DNA of 64,000 bases from Blepharisma stoltei ATCC 30299 (taxonomy: Eukaryota > Protista > Ciliophora), in the NCBI GenBank assembly GCA_965603825.1, contig CBFDEM010000040.1:682001-746000 (forward strand), written 5' to 3'. A model generated the notes under the pieces. That model made no database searches and had not been told where the DNA came from. It was given only the letters and a program-made list of their open reading frames with translations. Of the stretch, positions 63,530-64,000 are shown piece by piece (positions within the stretch are counted from its first letter, which is position 1; each line of letters begins with the position of its first letter). The position numbers were made by a program, and so were the translations under genes.

Positions 63530-64000
63530 ATGGAAAGATTGGCAACAGTTGAATATATTTCTCCAATAAAACCTGAAGATACTCCTATTGAAGATCCTGT
63601 CATAACTGGCTGCCAATCTTCAGACGAAGTCAGCAATGATATTAACCCAGAAATTGACAATTTTTTAGAAAATAAACTGGCAGAGGGAAATGAAAATACT
63701 ATAAAAATTGATGACCAAAGCGTCTTATTGGACTCTCTACATAATGAAACTGTTTCCAAAATAATGAACCTTTACTATGACGATAAAATATATGACGCTT
63801 TATTAGAGCTTAACCATTTCAAATCATCCTGTGGAGGAAATATCAACCACTACCCTGACTTATTAGAAATAGAAAAAGATTACCAAGAAATCCAAGCAAT
63901 TTATGACCAATTTGAAGATAAAGAAGCCTGAACCCCAGTTCCTTCGAAAGACCCAATCAAGCTGAGTTTTAAAGCAGTCCCTGGCACTCCTACTATATCT
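63530..64000 (+). CDS. Partial gene, possibly a START-domain protein (continues past the window)
   Basis: The ORF continues through TGA: FEDKEAWTPVPSKDPIKLSFKAVPGTPTIS, resembling the start of a START domain. The domain call is tentative. Confidence 0.6.

Noticed and set aside
1-64000. In-frame TGAs read as pseudogene stops or selenocysteine
   Set aside because: They align with conserved Trp positions across many essential genes and the frames continue uninterrupted.
1-64000. tRNA, rRNA, CRISPR arrays or prokaryotic systems
   Set aside because: None recognised by eye. The content is eukaryotic, and a covariance-model scan would be needed to exclude small ncRNAs.

Overview
Gene-dense, AT-rich eukaryotic DNA. 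It looks like the somatic (macronuclear) genome of a heterotrich ciliate, most likely Blepharisma (inference). TGA is read as Trp, shown by in-frame TGA at conserved Trp positions of USP, UBR4, CDC123, HMG-box and CSE1 proteins. TAA and TAG are the only stops. Introns are 15 nt (GTAA.....A..[T/C]AG). The supplied ORF track is therefore fragmented, and re-reading it gives about 32 host genes: PDI-like, HEXIM-motif peptide, TBCA, homeodomain, Sfi1-like, DHHC-like, SOAT-like, PWP2, makorin, CDC123, CTD phosphatase, peroxiredoxin, USP7-like, HMG-box, a 3632-aa UBR4, a MARK/AMPK-like kinase, CSE1, GAS2-domain, F-BAR-GRAM-VASt, PPWD1, Kelch proteins and others. The main feature is a 4.9-kb non-LTR retrotransposon (24331-29223) inserted into a Zn-finger/coiled-coil/Kelch gene. 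It has a TA-containing 12-bp target-site duplication, and removing it TA-to-TA as an IES would exactly restore an intact 569-aa host ORF. The element has a single fused Gag-APE-RT-ZnF ORF, uses only TGA for Trp, and has a deletion of the endonuclease core at a TATA site. Other points of note are an inverted 400-bp UBR4 fragment in a divergent promoter, several catalytic-site variants, a metallothionein-like peroxiredoxin extension and very short tandem intergenic gaps. All assignments come from reading motifs by eye; no searches were run.
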